DNA from: Vicinamibacteria bacterium
Lineage (GTDB): Bacteria > Acidobacteriota > Vicinamibacteria > Marinacidobacterales > SMYC01
Length of the DNA stretch: 64,000 bases
Assembly (NCBI GenBank): GCA_035457705.1
Contig: DATIBD010000019.1
Span: forward strand, 21,671 to 85,670
Reading direction: 5' to 3'
This document shows, piece by piece, positions 17,428 to 26,378 of the stretch. A model generated the notes under the pieces. That model saw only the letters and a program-made list of their open reading frames with translations, did no database searches and had not been told where the DNA came from. Each line of letters starts with the position of its first letter. The first letter of the stretch is position 1. Position numbers and translations under genes: made by a program.

Positions 17428-17783
17428 AGTTTGGCGGCCAGCCACCAGCGGAGTTTGGAACCGCACGGGGTCCGAGTTCTCTGTGTTTAATCCCACATGG
17501 GTGAGCGATCCCACCCATGCGCACACCGCACCGTCGCGTTGCTCGCGAGTGCATGCCAAATACCTTGCGATTCAGCGCTGATGTTACGCTCCAACAGTTG
17601 GTCTGCGCCTTGCAATTCCTTGGGTTGGGTTGAAAGGGGGGTCTCGACGAGCGAGGCCGTGATTATACATCGCGCCATGGGCGCTCACTTATTCTAGAGG
17701 ACATTCATGTAAAACGGGGGAGCGTTCTGTTCCTGCGTTAGACGTCCTTACCCTCCTGAACCTTAACGAGGAGGAGGTCTGTC

Positions 17784-19769
17784 ATGATTACGAGACGGAA
17801 GTTCGTACAATTGGGTGCTGCGGCCGGTGCCTGGTTACTATCGCCGTGGCCGAGCGCCAGACGGGCATTTGCCCAGTTACCCGGCGGTTCGCTCGCTCCG
17901 GGCGACGTCGACAAATTCGTTCTCCCTCTGGTCAAACCACCGGCCATGCCTGGTAAGTTCCAGAAGAGGATGGATCAATACATGATTGCCGTGCGGCAGT
18001 TCAAGCAGAGAATCCTGTCGCCGCGACATCCCAAGACCACCGTGTGGAGCTACGGCTCGGTCAATCATCCGGGGACGTTCAACTATCCCGCCTTCACCAT
18101 CGAGGCCAGTTACAACAGACCCGTGCAGGTAGTCTGGAGAAACGAGCTCATCGACAAGAACGGAAACTTCCTGCCCCATCTACTCCCCGTGGATCCAACG
18201 CTTCACTGGGCCAATCCGCCTGGCGGTTTGGCGGGGCGTGACCGCCGGCCCACGTTTACCACGACGCCAGGGCCTTACAGGGGACCGGTGCCCATCGTCA
18301 CGCACGTGCACGGGGCCCATACGACGGAGGATTCCGATGGGTATCCCGAAGCCTGGTATCTACCCGCGGCGAAGAACATTCCTGCCGTTTTCGCCCGCGC
18401 GGGTACCTTCTGGGATTACTTCAACACCAAGTACGGCCACGGGTGGGAGTACGGTGACGCGGCGTTCAGGTACCCGAACAATCAGCGAGCCACGACCTTG
18501 TGGTATCACGACCACACGCTGGGGATGACTCGTCTCAACGTATATGCCGGTCCCGCGGGCTTCTATCTGATTCGGGGCGGCAAGGATGATGTCGTCCTCG
18601 ACATGCAGAATGGCTCGAACGCGATCCTGCCCGGGCCCGCTCCGGGAGTCGGTGACGACCCGTTGGGCGAGTATCGAGAGATCCCCATCGCGATTCAAGA
18701 TCGGTCGTTCAACGCCAACGGATCGCTGTTCTATCCGCAAAGCCGTGAGTTCTTCGATGAGTTTGCCGGGCCCTACATCCCCGATAGCCCGGTGTCGCCC
18801 ATCTGGAATCCGGAGTTCTTCGGCAACATGATGGTGGTCAACGGGCTCACCTGGCCATACCTCGAGGTCGAGCCGCGCCGCTACCGCTTCCGCCTGCTCA
18901 ACGGTTGCAACTCGCGGTTCCTCATCCTGCAGTTCGAACACCCCGGCGTAGAGGTTTGGCAGATCGGCACGGAGGGCGGATTTCTCCCGGCCCCGGTGCG
19001 CCTGAACGATTATCCGTATCCTGGAAGCACGGGCGGTGGGGCGACAGTCCTCATGGGTCTGGCCGAGCGAGCAGATATCATTGTGGATTTCAGCGCTGCA
19101 GCGGGCACTTCGTTCCGCCTTCTCAACCTGGGTCCTGACGAGCCATTCGGCGGCGGAGAAATCGGAGTCGATTTCGACCCATCGCATCCGGACTCGACGG
19201 GCCAGGTCATGGAGTTCCGAGTGCGGGCTGGCTCCCCCTATGATCCCACCACGCCACCTCAGTATCTGAAGCTGCCCAAGATCAAATCACTCGGTAGTGC
19301 ATCCAACACGCAATACGTGAGTCTCAACGAGGAGGTCTACGAGCCGGCGGATGTCCCTTTCGCGGCTCTTCTGGGCAGGTTCAACAAGGGGAGTGGCAAT
19401 CCGACTCCATTGCAATGGAAGGACCCGATCACCGAGAATCCCGCTCTTGGCGCCACCGAACTCTGGGAGTTGCGCAACTTCACCGTGGACGCGCATCCGA
19501 TCCACATTCACCAGGTCCAGTTCCAGGTGGTTGGACGTGAGGCGATTGGCGGCGGTCCGAGTGTTGCCGGCAGTGATGGCCCTCTGCCCTGGGAGAGAGG
19601 ATTCAAGGACACGGTAATTGCCTATCCGGGTGAGGTTACGCGGGTCAAGGCGAAGTTCGACATCCCGGGCTTCTACGTTTGGCACTGTCACATCGTGGAA
19701 CACGAGGACAACGAGATGATGCGGCCGTATCACGTCGGGCCGATTTCATCCGGCGCACCAACGACATAG
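17784..19769 (+). CDS. Tat-exported multicopper oxidase (CotA / bilirubin-oxidase-like laccase)
   Basis: Twin-arginine signal MITRRKFVQLGAAAGA...AFA. Copper-ligand motifs HVHGAH, WYHDH, HPIHIHQ, HCHIVEHEDNEMM. GAGGAGGAGG RBS. Confidence 0.92.
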   Translation: MITRRKFVQLGAAAGAWLLSPWPSARRAFAQLPGGSLAPGDVDKFVLPLVKPPAMPGKFQKRMDQYMIAVRQFKQRILSPRHPKTTVWSYGSVNHPGTFNYPAFTIEASYNRPVQVVWRNELIDKNGNFLPHLLPVDPTLHWANPPGGLAGRDRRPTFTTTPGPYRGPVPIVTHVHGAHTTEDSDGYPEAWYLPAAKNIPAVFARAGTFWDYFNTKYGHGWEYGDAAFRYPNNQRATTLWYHDHTLGMTRLNVYAGPAGFYLIRGGKDDVVLDMQNGSNAILPGPAPGVGDDPLGEYREIPIAIQDRSFNANGSLFYPQSREFFDEFAGPYIPDSPVSPIWNPEFFGNMMVVNGLTWPYLEVEPRRYRFRLLNGCNSRFLILQFEHPGVEVWQIGTEGGFLPAPVRLNDYPYPGSTGGGATVLMGLAERADIIVDFSAAAGTSFRLLNLGPDEPFGGGEIGVDFDPSHPDSTGQVMEFRVRAGSPYDPTTPPQYLKLPKIKSLGSASNTQYVSLNEEVYEPADVPFAALLGRFNKGSGNPTPLQWKDPITENPALGATELWELRNFTVDAHPIHIHQVQFQVVGREAIGGGPSVAGSDGPLPWERGFKDTVIAYPGEVTRVKAKFDIPGFYVWHCHIVEHEDNEMMRPYHVGPISSGAPTT

Positions 19770-19914
19770 GCGGGAGGTGCAAGAGTATTGAGGGTTCAAA
19801 GTAAAACGACGACGACGGACAGCCTGGGTGCCGCCCTGGCGAATGCAGCAACTCTCGTGACCATGATGCGATATGCTCAAAGCGGGGCTTCAAGAGGCCG
19901 TGGCGTCTTGACAT

Positions 19915-20012
19915 GGAAGTGACTGGGGTCTGGTGGCCTCCTCGGACTTCAAATCCGATGGTCCCGGGTTAGCCCTCGGGACGGTGGGTTCGATTCCCAC
20001 GCACTTCCGCCA
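19915..20012 (+). tRNA. selC: tRNA-Sec (selenocysteine tRNA, anticodon TCA)
   Basis: 98 nt. Acceptor GGAAGTG.../...CACTTCC plus GCCA. 6-bp D stem (GGGGTC/GGCCTC, with G:U pairs) and a 4-nt loop. Anticodon arm TCGGA-CTTCAAA-TCCGA. Long extra arm (GTCCCG...CGGGAC). T arm GTGGG-TTCGATT-CCCAC. Collinear with E. coli selC as I recall it. Confidence 0.85.
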
Positions 20013-20208
20013 GCTCTGTCCGGGCAAGGTCGCTTCGAGTAGCACCTGACCTTCGCGAACAGATGTGCGTTTGGGCTGCCCTTTTCGAACGACCTCGACA
20101 GATGCTCCGAGGACGGCCGAGCTTTCGTCGATGACCCGAAGCGCTCGCCGTCGGGACTCCATGACCGGTCGGGGATTCTTCTCCTCGAAGCCGGAGCCAG
20201 CGTGACGT

Positions 20209-20705
20209 CTACTCGTGGTCCAACTCGTCCAGTAGGGTTCCAACTCAGCGATGGCTTCGAAGTCTTTAGGCCGTCCGGCTGCGCGCTTCACTCGAATCAA
20301 GTCTGGCAGGTCTATGCATCGACATTCGACGCCGAGCGCCTCCACCGTGATCGAGTGTGGCCCGAGCTCCTCGAACGTCCCACCTCCCGCGATTTCCCCG
20401 AGCACGTCGATGAGTCCGGCGTCCGTCGTCAGCGTGAAGTTGGGACCTGCTTGGATGGTCTCCGCGTCCCGCCGAAACGGCAGATTTGGCGGCGCTCCAC
20501 GCAGATAGGGCTTGAGCGGGGCCAACGCCGACACCAGTCGCTCGATGTTCTCGGGTGAGCAGCTCGTACACGATGTCCAGGTCGAGCGTCAGCCGGACGG
20601 AGCCATGGATCGTGCCCGCGACGCCTCCAACGATGATGTAAGCGACCCGCCTTTCGCGAGAGCCTGCAAGAGGCTATCGAACTCGATCGGGGGTGTGTCT
20701 GGCAT
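20209..20705 (-). pseudogene. frameshifted minimal nucleotidyltransferase (TA/AbiE-like NTase family)
   Basis: Read on the minus strand: MPDTPPIEFDSLLQALAKGG, then a frame change, VAYIIVGGVAGTIHGSVRLTLDLDIVYEL, a frame change, SPENIERLVSALAPLKPYLRGAPPNLPF...RVKRAAGRPKDFEAIAELE, and a probable third change to LLDELDHE*. Without that last shift the ORF runs antisense through selC. Confidence 0.55.
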
Positions 20706-20874
20706 CCCGGCCGGCGCGGCGAAGCTCGAGCGCCGCCCGCTGCAGCCTCATGAGTGCACGGAGCCGATCTTCGACCGAAAGTTTGAGCGTGGATCGCAGG
20801 ATGGTCCGATCGACGTCCTTCTTGTACACCTCGATCACGGGGTCGAGTCGCAGCGTTGCGGTGCGTTTCACCAT
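20674..20874 (-). CDS. small (66 aa) putative antitoxin-like partner of the decayed nucleotidyltransferase
   Basis: MVKRTATLRLDPVIEVYKKDVDRTILRSTLKLSVEDRLRALMRLQRAALELRRAGR.... Its 3' end overlaps the NTase ATG. The longer 171-aa ORF is not supported. Confidence 0.45.
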   Translation of the reverse strand: MVKRTATLRLDPVIEVYKKDVDRTILRSTLKLSVEDRLRALMRLQRAALELRRAGRDARHTPDRVR

Positions 20875-21036
20875 GGCCTCTATTTTATCATCGGCATAGG
20901 CCCGGCATTGGCAGCGTGGACACAGCTTGACGCAAATGCTCGACGACAGTTTGAGTCGGTTAGCAACGTGATACCATCGCCGCAGGTTTGCCGAATCGGT
21001 ATTGCAGCGCACGCCGGGCCACCGCCGAGCAAGGTT

Positions 21037-21327
21037 ATGATCGAACCCGACCAAGACGAACCGGTCACCTTTCCCATCGAGGACGCCATCGATCTGCACG
21101 CGTTCGCCCCCCGCGACATTCCCTCGGTCGTCGAGTCCTACCTGGAAGCCGCGCGAGAGAAGGGGCTCACCGAAGTGCGCATCATTCACGGCCGCGGCAA
21201 GGGCGTTCAGAAGGAACGCGTGCGGCAGGTACTCTCGCGGAGCGCGCTCGTCGAGCGTTTCGAAGAGGCGACACCCGACCGCGGGGGCTGGGGTGCGACC
21301 GTCGTCAACCTGAAGCCTCGCCGGTAA
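21037..21327 (+). CDS. Smr (small MutS-related) domain protein
   Basis: ATG 21037 (MIEPDQDEP...). Smr signature DLHAF...LTEVRIIHGRGKGVQKERVRQVL. The upstream part of the 271-aa ORF has no coding character. Confidence 0.72.
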   Translation: MIEPDQDEPVTFPIEDAIDLHAFAPRDIPSVVESYLEAAREKGLTEVRIIHGRGKGVQKERVRQVLSRSALVERFEEATPDRGGWGATVVNLKPRR

Positions 21328-22591
21328 GAAGCGCGGGAAGCCATAGAGATAGCGCGGGGAAGAACGTCACCAGAAGCAGCACGACGAACAGCGCGAAGAT
21401 GAAGTACACGTTGACGCGCATGACCTCCCACATCGGCACCTTGGCGATCGAGCACGTCGTGATCAAGACCGAGGCGACCGGTGGAGTCTGCTGTCCGATG
21501 GCGAGGCTCACGGTAACCATGAGACCGAAGTGGATCGGGTCGAGACCGAGCTCGGTCGTGAGCGGCAGCAGCACCGGCACGAGCAGCACGATCGCGGCAG
21601 CGCTATGGAGGATCATCCCTGCCGCCAGGAGTATGCCGTCTATTACGAGAAGCGGCAGCACCTCGCCTTCGACGCGCTGGAGCACGAAGCGGGCGAGGCG
21701 CTCGGGAACTTGCTGGTTCGCGAGATACCAGCCCAGGACGGCCGATCCGGCGACCAGGATCATGACCACCGCTGTCTGGCGGGCGGACTCTACCAGGATC
21801 GGGGGGAGCGCTCTCGGCCCAATCTCGCGATAGGCGAAGAGACCGAGTCCGAGAGCGAGCACGACCGCGACCGCCGCGGCTTCCGTGGCCGTGAAGATGC
21901 CGGCGAAGATTCCGCCGAGAATCACGACGGGAAGGCTCAGCGCGAGAACGGCCCGTTTGCCACTTTGACCGACCCGGCGCCACTCGAAAGGCTCGGAGTC
22001 GGCGAAACCCTCCCGCCGGGCGAGAACGTAGCTCGTGACCATGATGGCGAAGCCCGACAGGACACCGGGCACGATACCCGCGATGAAGAGCTTGACGATG
22101 GAAGCTCCGGTGATCGCGCCGAAGAGGATCATGGGGATCGAAGGAGGGATGATGATCGCGATCGTGGCGGAGGAGGAAAGCACCGCGGCGGCGAATCGCG
22201 CGGGGTAGCCCCGCTCCTTCATCGCCGGGATGAGAACGCTCCCGAGCGCGGCGGCGTCGGCGACCGCCGACCCCGAGACCTCGGAGAAGAACATGCTCGA
22301 GAGCGTCGTGGTCATGGCCAATCCGCCGCGTACGAAACCGACCAGGCTCGCGGCGAAGTCGACCAGCCTTTTCGAGAGTCCCGCCTCGTTCATGAGCGCG
22401 CCCGCGAGGATGAACAAGGGCACGGCCACCATGGGAAAGCTGTCGGTTCCGTTGAATAGACGCAGCGGCACGACGGTGAGAGGCGTTCCCGTCGTCGCGA
22501 TCACGATGATGCTGCCGGCGATGAGCGCGTAGCCGATGGGAAGGCCGAGGAGGATCAGGATTCCGGTGAGTACGATGAGCAGCAGCTCCAT
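21305..22591 (-). CDS. TRAP transporter large permease subunit (DctM family)
   Basis: 428-aa polytopic membrane protein with typical DctM-family sequence (MELLLIVLTGILILLGLPIGYALIAG...). It is the last gene of a Q-M pair downstream of a DctP-type binding protein. Confidence 0.9.
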   Translation of the reverse strand: MELLLIVLTGILILLGLPIGYALIAGSIIVIATTGTPLTVVPLRLFNGTDSFPMVAVPLFILAGALMNEAGLSKRLVDFAASLVGFVRGGLAMTTTLSSMFFSEVSGSAVADAAALGSVLIPAMKERGYPARFAAAVLSSSATIAIIIPPSIPMILFGAITGASIVKLFIAGIVPGVLSGFAIMVTSYVLARREGFADSEPFEWRRVGQSGKRAVLALSLPVVILGGIFAGIFTATEAAAVAVVLALGLGLFAYREIGPRALPPILVESARQTAVVMILVAGSAVLGWYLANQQVPERLARFVLQRVEGEVLPLLVIDGILLAAGMILHSAAAIVLLVPVLLPLTTELGLDPIHFGLMVTVSLAIGQQTPPVASVLITTCSIAKVPMWEVMRVNVYFIFALFVVLLLVTFFPALSLWLPALLTGEASG

Positions 22592-22594
22592 CGC

Positions 22595-23077
22595 TCAGCC
22601 CGCCCGCAGCGTTCTCGCGATCTGGATCGACTCGACGAGCAGCATGAAAATCGCCGAGACCGGCAGCACCGCGTAGATGTAACCCATGGGAATGGGAAGC
22701 GTGATCGCCCTCTCGGTTAGGAGACGAGCCACGATCTGGAAGCCGTAGACGAGGAGCACGAGATGAATCGCCACGAGGATGGCATGGTTCGCAAGTCGAA
22801 GCGCGAAGCGGAGCCTGTCCGGCGCGCTGTCGAGAAGGTTCTCGATCCCGATGTGCTGGCCCTGGGACTGGGCGAGGACCGCGCCCAAAAACGTGAGCCA
22901 GACGAGCAGGTAGCCGACGAACTCGTCGTACCAGCCGAAGCTCGATCCGAACCCGTAGCGAAGAACGACCTCGACGAAGCAAATCCCGGCGATGGCGGCC
23001 AGGGTGACGGATGCGGCACAGGCGAGAGCCGTTCGGACCGCGCTCTCGGCGCGATCGAGCCAGGAGCTTGCCATCAC
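22595..23077 (-). CDS. TRAP transporter small permease subunit (DctQ family)
   Basis: 160 aa with four hydrophobic segments. Ends 3 nt before the large permease start and overlaps the binding-protein stop by 4 nt. Confidence 0.8.
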   Translation of the reverse strand: MMASSWLDRAESAVRTALACAASVTLAAIAGICFVEVVLRYGFGSSFGWYDEFVGYLLVWLTFLGAVLAQSQGQHIGIENLLDSAPDRLRFALRLANHAILVAIHLVLLVYGFQIVARLLTERAITLPIPMGYIYAVLPVSAIFMLLVESIQIARTLRAG

Positions 23078-24087
23078 TCGGCCGCGCGATGGCCGCGGAT
23101 GGCCTCGACGAGCTCGGGGCCGAACTTCTCGTTGAACTCCTCGAAGAGCGGCTCCGCGACTCGGGCAAACGCCTCGCGGTCGATCTCGGTAATCTCCAGG
23201 TCTTTCTCCAGAAGCACGCGGTACCGCGCGTCCTCTTTTTCGCCCAGCTCGCGATGGTACCGGCCCACTTCCCGGGCCACCTCCTCGATGCCCCGCCTTA
23301 TGTCCTCGTCCAGGCTCTCGACGTACTGCCGGCTCATGAGGGGATAGGCAGGCGAGTAGACGTGCTTCGAGAGCGAGAGATAGCGCTGGACCTCGTGGAA
23401 GCGGGCGGGGACGATCTGGGAGAAGGGGTTTTCTTGGCCGTCGATCACGCCCTGTTTCAGGGCGGAGAAGACCTCGCCGTAGCTCATCGACGTCGGGTTC
23501 GCGCCGAAAGCGCGGAAGAGCTTGACTCGCTCCGGGTCCTTCGGGGTCCTGATCTTGATGCCGCGGAGATCCTCCGGCCGCACGATGGGACGCACGTTGT
23601 TCGTAATCATCCGAAAGCCGTTTTCCCAGAAACCGAGAAGCACCAGATCGTGCGCGAGGAGGCTCTCACGCAGCTTCGCACCGATCGGGCCCTCGGCGAT
23701 CGCTTCCATTTGGGCGCGATCCTCGATGAGAAACGGCAAATCGAAGACGCCGAACATCGGCTCGACCGAATGAAGGACCGACGAGGGCACGTGCATCTCG
23801 AGCGTTCCGAACCGGAGGCCTTCGAGCATCTCCTTGTCTTCGCCCAGTTGCGCCGAGCCGAAGATGCGGACCTCGACACGATCCGGAAAACGCGCCTCGA
23901 GGAGCTCTTTGAACTTTCGCGCGCCCTGGTCGAAGGGTGACTGGGGAAACCCGATGTGTCCGAGGCGGATAACAAGCTTGCCGTCGCCGGGTCCTCCTCC
24001 GCAAGCGGCGAGAACGCTCAGCAGGCTGGCGAGACAGGCTCCCGCCGCCCAACGCTTTCCGCCTCGTCTCAAAGAAATTAGCCGCAT
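23074..24087 (-). CDS. TRAP transporter substrate-binding protein (DctP family)
   Basis: Lipoprotein-type signal LLSVLAACGG. DctP-like body (HIGFPQSP...LGEDKEMLEGLRFGTLEM...). First gene of the P-Q-M operon. Confidence 0.88.
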   Translation of the reverse strand: MRLISLRRGGKRWAAGACLASLLSVLAACGGGPGDGKLVIRLGHIGFPQSPFDQGARKFKELLEARFPDRVEVRIFGSAQLGEDKEMLEGLRFGTLEMHVPSSVLHSVEPMFGVFDLPFLIEDRAQMEAIAEGPIGAKLRESLLAHDLVLLGFWENGFRMITNNVRPIVRPEDLRGIKIRTPKDPERVKLFRAFGANPTSMSYGEVFSALKQGVIDGQENPFSQIVPARFHEVQRYLSLSKHVYSPAYPLMSRQYVESLDEDIRRGIEEVAREVGRYHRELGEKEDARYRVLLEKDLEITEIDREAFARVAEPLFEEFNEKFGPELVEAIRGHRAAE

Positions 24088-24107
24088 GCCCTCGGAGGTC
24101 GAAGGCT

Positions 24108-24135
24108 AGCACAATGGTCGAATCGCCGCTAGATG
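24108..24135 (+). promoter_or_regulatory. second copy of the conserved AGCACAATGGTnGAATCGCCG box with ATG at the same spacing
   Basis: agcacaatggtcgaatcgccgctagATG compared with agcacaatggtagaatcgccggcatATG at 28118. Here the -10-like hexamer is the weaker TCGAAT, and the ATG opens only a 15-codon ORF. Confidence 0.25.
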
Positions 24136-24441
24136 AAGACGCCGCTCGTAGAGTGTTCAATGCCGTGGCGGGACCCGTAATTGATCGGGCCGCCACGGCT
24201 CGGGCTGCTTGCGGCGCGGCAATTTTGCGGCGGGAAGCCCTTCGCAGCAGCCCCGCAACATCTCGTTCCTTCGAAGCAGCCCGAATGCGGACGATTATTC
24301 GCGCTGCGCGCTCACATCTCATGCCCTCGAAGGAGCCTGATGCGGACGATTGCGCCGGGCTCGCTCCGCTAGCGCAGGCTGGGATGCACTTTTTCATCCG
24401 CCTGCTCGTGATGCATCAGTGAACGAGCGGGTCGATGACGC

Positions 24442-25299
24442 TCACTCCAAAACTTCCGGCCGGCTGCGCAGGTAATCGATAGCAGACGACATCTCCCCCT
24501 GCTCCCCTTTTTCGGCAATTTCTTCCATGAGATCGAAATCCGACTTCGTGACCAGGTCTGTCAGCGTAAAGCCGAGGCTCCGGCCCGATGGTTTCGGATT
24601 GAAACCGTTCCGCAGAGTCATTATGTAAAAGGCAATGTCCCACGCCTCCTGCCTCGAGAAAGCTTCCTGGAAGGATGGCATCGAGGTTCCGGTTACGCCG
24701 AGCTCGATCACGTTGTAGAAGTAGTAAGGGGTCGCCTCACGCATCCTCTCCTCTTCCCGAAAGCTGCCCGGACCCGGTTCCAACCCGCTAGCCGCCCAAC
24801 CGTCTCCGTCACCCTTGGCACCATGACACACCTGGCAGCCTCCGGCATGATACGAGCGCTTGCCCAAGGCCACGTCGGGGGTCGCGACAGGTGAGGAGTC
24901 CGTCGCCAATTCCAAGCTCAGTTCTTTGACGAGGGTCTTGGAAAGATCCGCAATCGAGTAAGGGTCGGATTTTTCATAGACCATTTGGCGCAGCTGCTGC
25001 AGTTGAAGAACGGTCTCACTCTTCTCGAGATCCTGCTGAAATCCCGTATAGCTCTCGATGACGCGGTCACAAAACGCCGAAATCTCGCGATACTCGAATG
25101 GATTGATGATCGAGCCATCCTCCACGGCGTCTCGATAGTCTCTACCGATGTATTGCAGCATGAGAATGAGCTCCTGGTGGTCCCGGGCGGCTCGGCTCAC
25201 TGCGACGTCCTCTGGCTTCTCGACACCGTTCCGGATGAGCCTTGCTCCGATGACCACACCAACGCCGAGAAATATCGCTGAGATAATGGTTGGCTTCAA
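24442..25299 (-). CDS. membrane-anchored monohaem c-type cytochrome with N-terminal helical domain
   Basis: TTG start. TM anchor KPTIISAIFLGVGVVIGARLI. A single CxxCH (CQVCHG) and a Met context (TGTSMPSF) in a C-terminal class-I-like cytochrome c domain. Confidence 0.75.
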   Translation of the reverse strand: MKPTIISAIFLGVGVVIGARLIRNGVEKPEDVAVSRAARDHQELILMLQYIGRDYRDAVEDGSIINPFEYREISAFCDRVIESYTGFQQDLEKSETVLQLQQLRQMVYEKSDPYSIADLSKTLVKELSLELATDSSPVATPDVALGKRSYHAGGCQVCHGAKGDGDGWAASGLEPGPGSFREEERMREATPYYFYNVIELGVTGTSMPSFQEAFSRQEAWDIAFYIMTLRNGFNPKPSGRSLGFTLTDLVTKSDFDLMEEIAEKGEQGEMSSAIDYLRSRPEVLE

Positions 25300-25308
25300 T
25301 GCGGTTTT

Positions 25309-26367
25309 TTATAAAGCGGCCCAGGGCGGACGTTGTTCCAGTCGGACCCGCCGGGTCAGCAGGACGCCGTCACGAATGAGCTTCAGCTCCAGTGCCGTAT
25401 TGGCCTCTGTCCGGAAGAGAATGCTCTCGAGATGCATGGTGGTCATGACGATCTCGTCATTGACCATCACCAGGATATCCCCGCTTCGAATGTCCGCCTT
25501 TCCTGAAGGGCCTTCCGGCCAAACGAAATCGACCAGGATCCCGCAACGTTTGTTCATGACCTGGCGGACAATTTGTACTGAATCCCTGCCCATGTGACGT
25601 ACGTTGAATCCCAGCCATTTGCGTTCGAATGTCGGATAGGCCAACAACAGCTCCAGAATCCTGTTGATGTCGGCAATCGGTGTGGCATGTTCCTCGCCGG
25701 GCCCTTCGTCCTGACATTCCTTCTTTCGCGGCATGTTGATCCCGATCAGGTTCCCTTTGTCGCTTACGAGCGGGCCTCCATAGGCAATGGCAGGAAACTC
25801 GATAAAGGTATCGATGAGCTCGTTGCCGCAGCCCTCCGCGTAGATGGTCGAGTTGTTTTCCGCCTTGACCACACCTGTGAAAATGGGACCCTCTTCGTTG
25901 GATCTCGATCCGGCAACGGCCCATACTCTGTCTCCGGGCCCTATCTCGGGTGCGACCATCCGTTCGATCGCGGGGTATTTGTTCTCATCGGCCATCTTCA
26001 GTACGGCAAAGTTCAGTATCGGGTCGACCAGGAACATCCGCGCCTCGACCGTCTGGCCATCGTGGCGAGTAATCTCGAATTTTTCACACAACTTTCTTTC
26101 TTTCGGCGCGACGAATGGGTCGTAGATCGTCAACAATAGGCCGCTTTCATCCACGAAAAATCCTGTGCTCTCGGCGAATCGCCGGTACTCACCCCTTCCG
26201 GCACCATCTCGCATGTAGCCCGTCACCCGAACGACGGCTGGAAGAAGCTCCTCGATGGCTGCGGGCGCTTTCGCTTCTTGGGCCAAGGAAAGACTGCCCG
26301 CAAGCAATCCCCCTGTCAGCATTGGCAAGAGCATCATCGCGTTCTGATTCGAACGATCGCGGTTCAT
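25309..26367 (-). CDS. HtrA/DegP-like trypsin-fold + PDZ protein lacking the catalytic triad (pseudoprotease)
   Basis: S1C-like order: STGFFVDESGLLLT..., NFAVLKM, IAYGGPLVSDKGNLIGIN, then a PDZ-like C-terminus (GILVDFVWPEGPSGKADIRSGDILVMVND). The positions expected for His, Asp and Ser read D, N and Y. Confidence 0.75.
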   Translation of the reverse strand: MNRDRSNQNAMMLLPMLTGGLLAGSLSLAQEAKAPAAIEELLPAVVRVTGYMRDGAGRGEYRRFAESTGFFVDESGLLLTIYDPFVAPKERKLCEKFEITRHDGQTVEARMFLVDPILNFAVLKMADENKYPAIERMVAPEIGPGDRVWAVAGSRSNEEGPIFTGVVKAENNSTIYAEGCGNELIDTFIEFPAIAYGGPLVSDKGNLIGINMPRKKECQDEGPGEEHATPIADINRILELLLAYPTFERKWLGFNVRHMGRDSVQIVRQVMNKRCGILVDFVWPEGPSGKADIRSGDILVMVNDEIVMTTMHLESILFRTEANTALELKLIRDGVLLTRRVRLEQRPPWAAL

Positions 26368-26378
26368 TGTCTACTCAC

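Noticed and set aside
21603-23168. 521-aa Arg/Pro-rich ORF overlapping the TRAP permease genes out of frame
   Set aside because: The composition (RRR, PRP runs) is characteristic of an off-frame reading of GC-rich membrane-protein genes. The DctM and DctQ frames are clearly the real ones.
24238-24352. Short repeats considered as a CRISPR array
   Set aside because: There are only three degenerate copies with irregular spacing (30 and 56 nt). There are no cas genes and no conserved repeat-spacer periodicity.
24114-24422. 102-aa plus-strand ORF in the dctP / cytochrome intergenic region
   Set aside because: It is built from the degenerate short repeats, has Ala/Arg-rich composition and no RBS. 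It is more likely non-coding.
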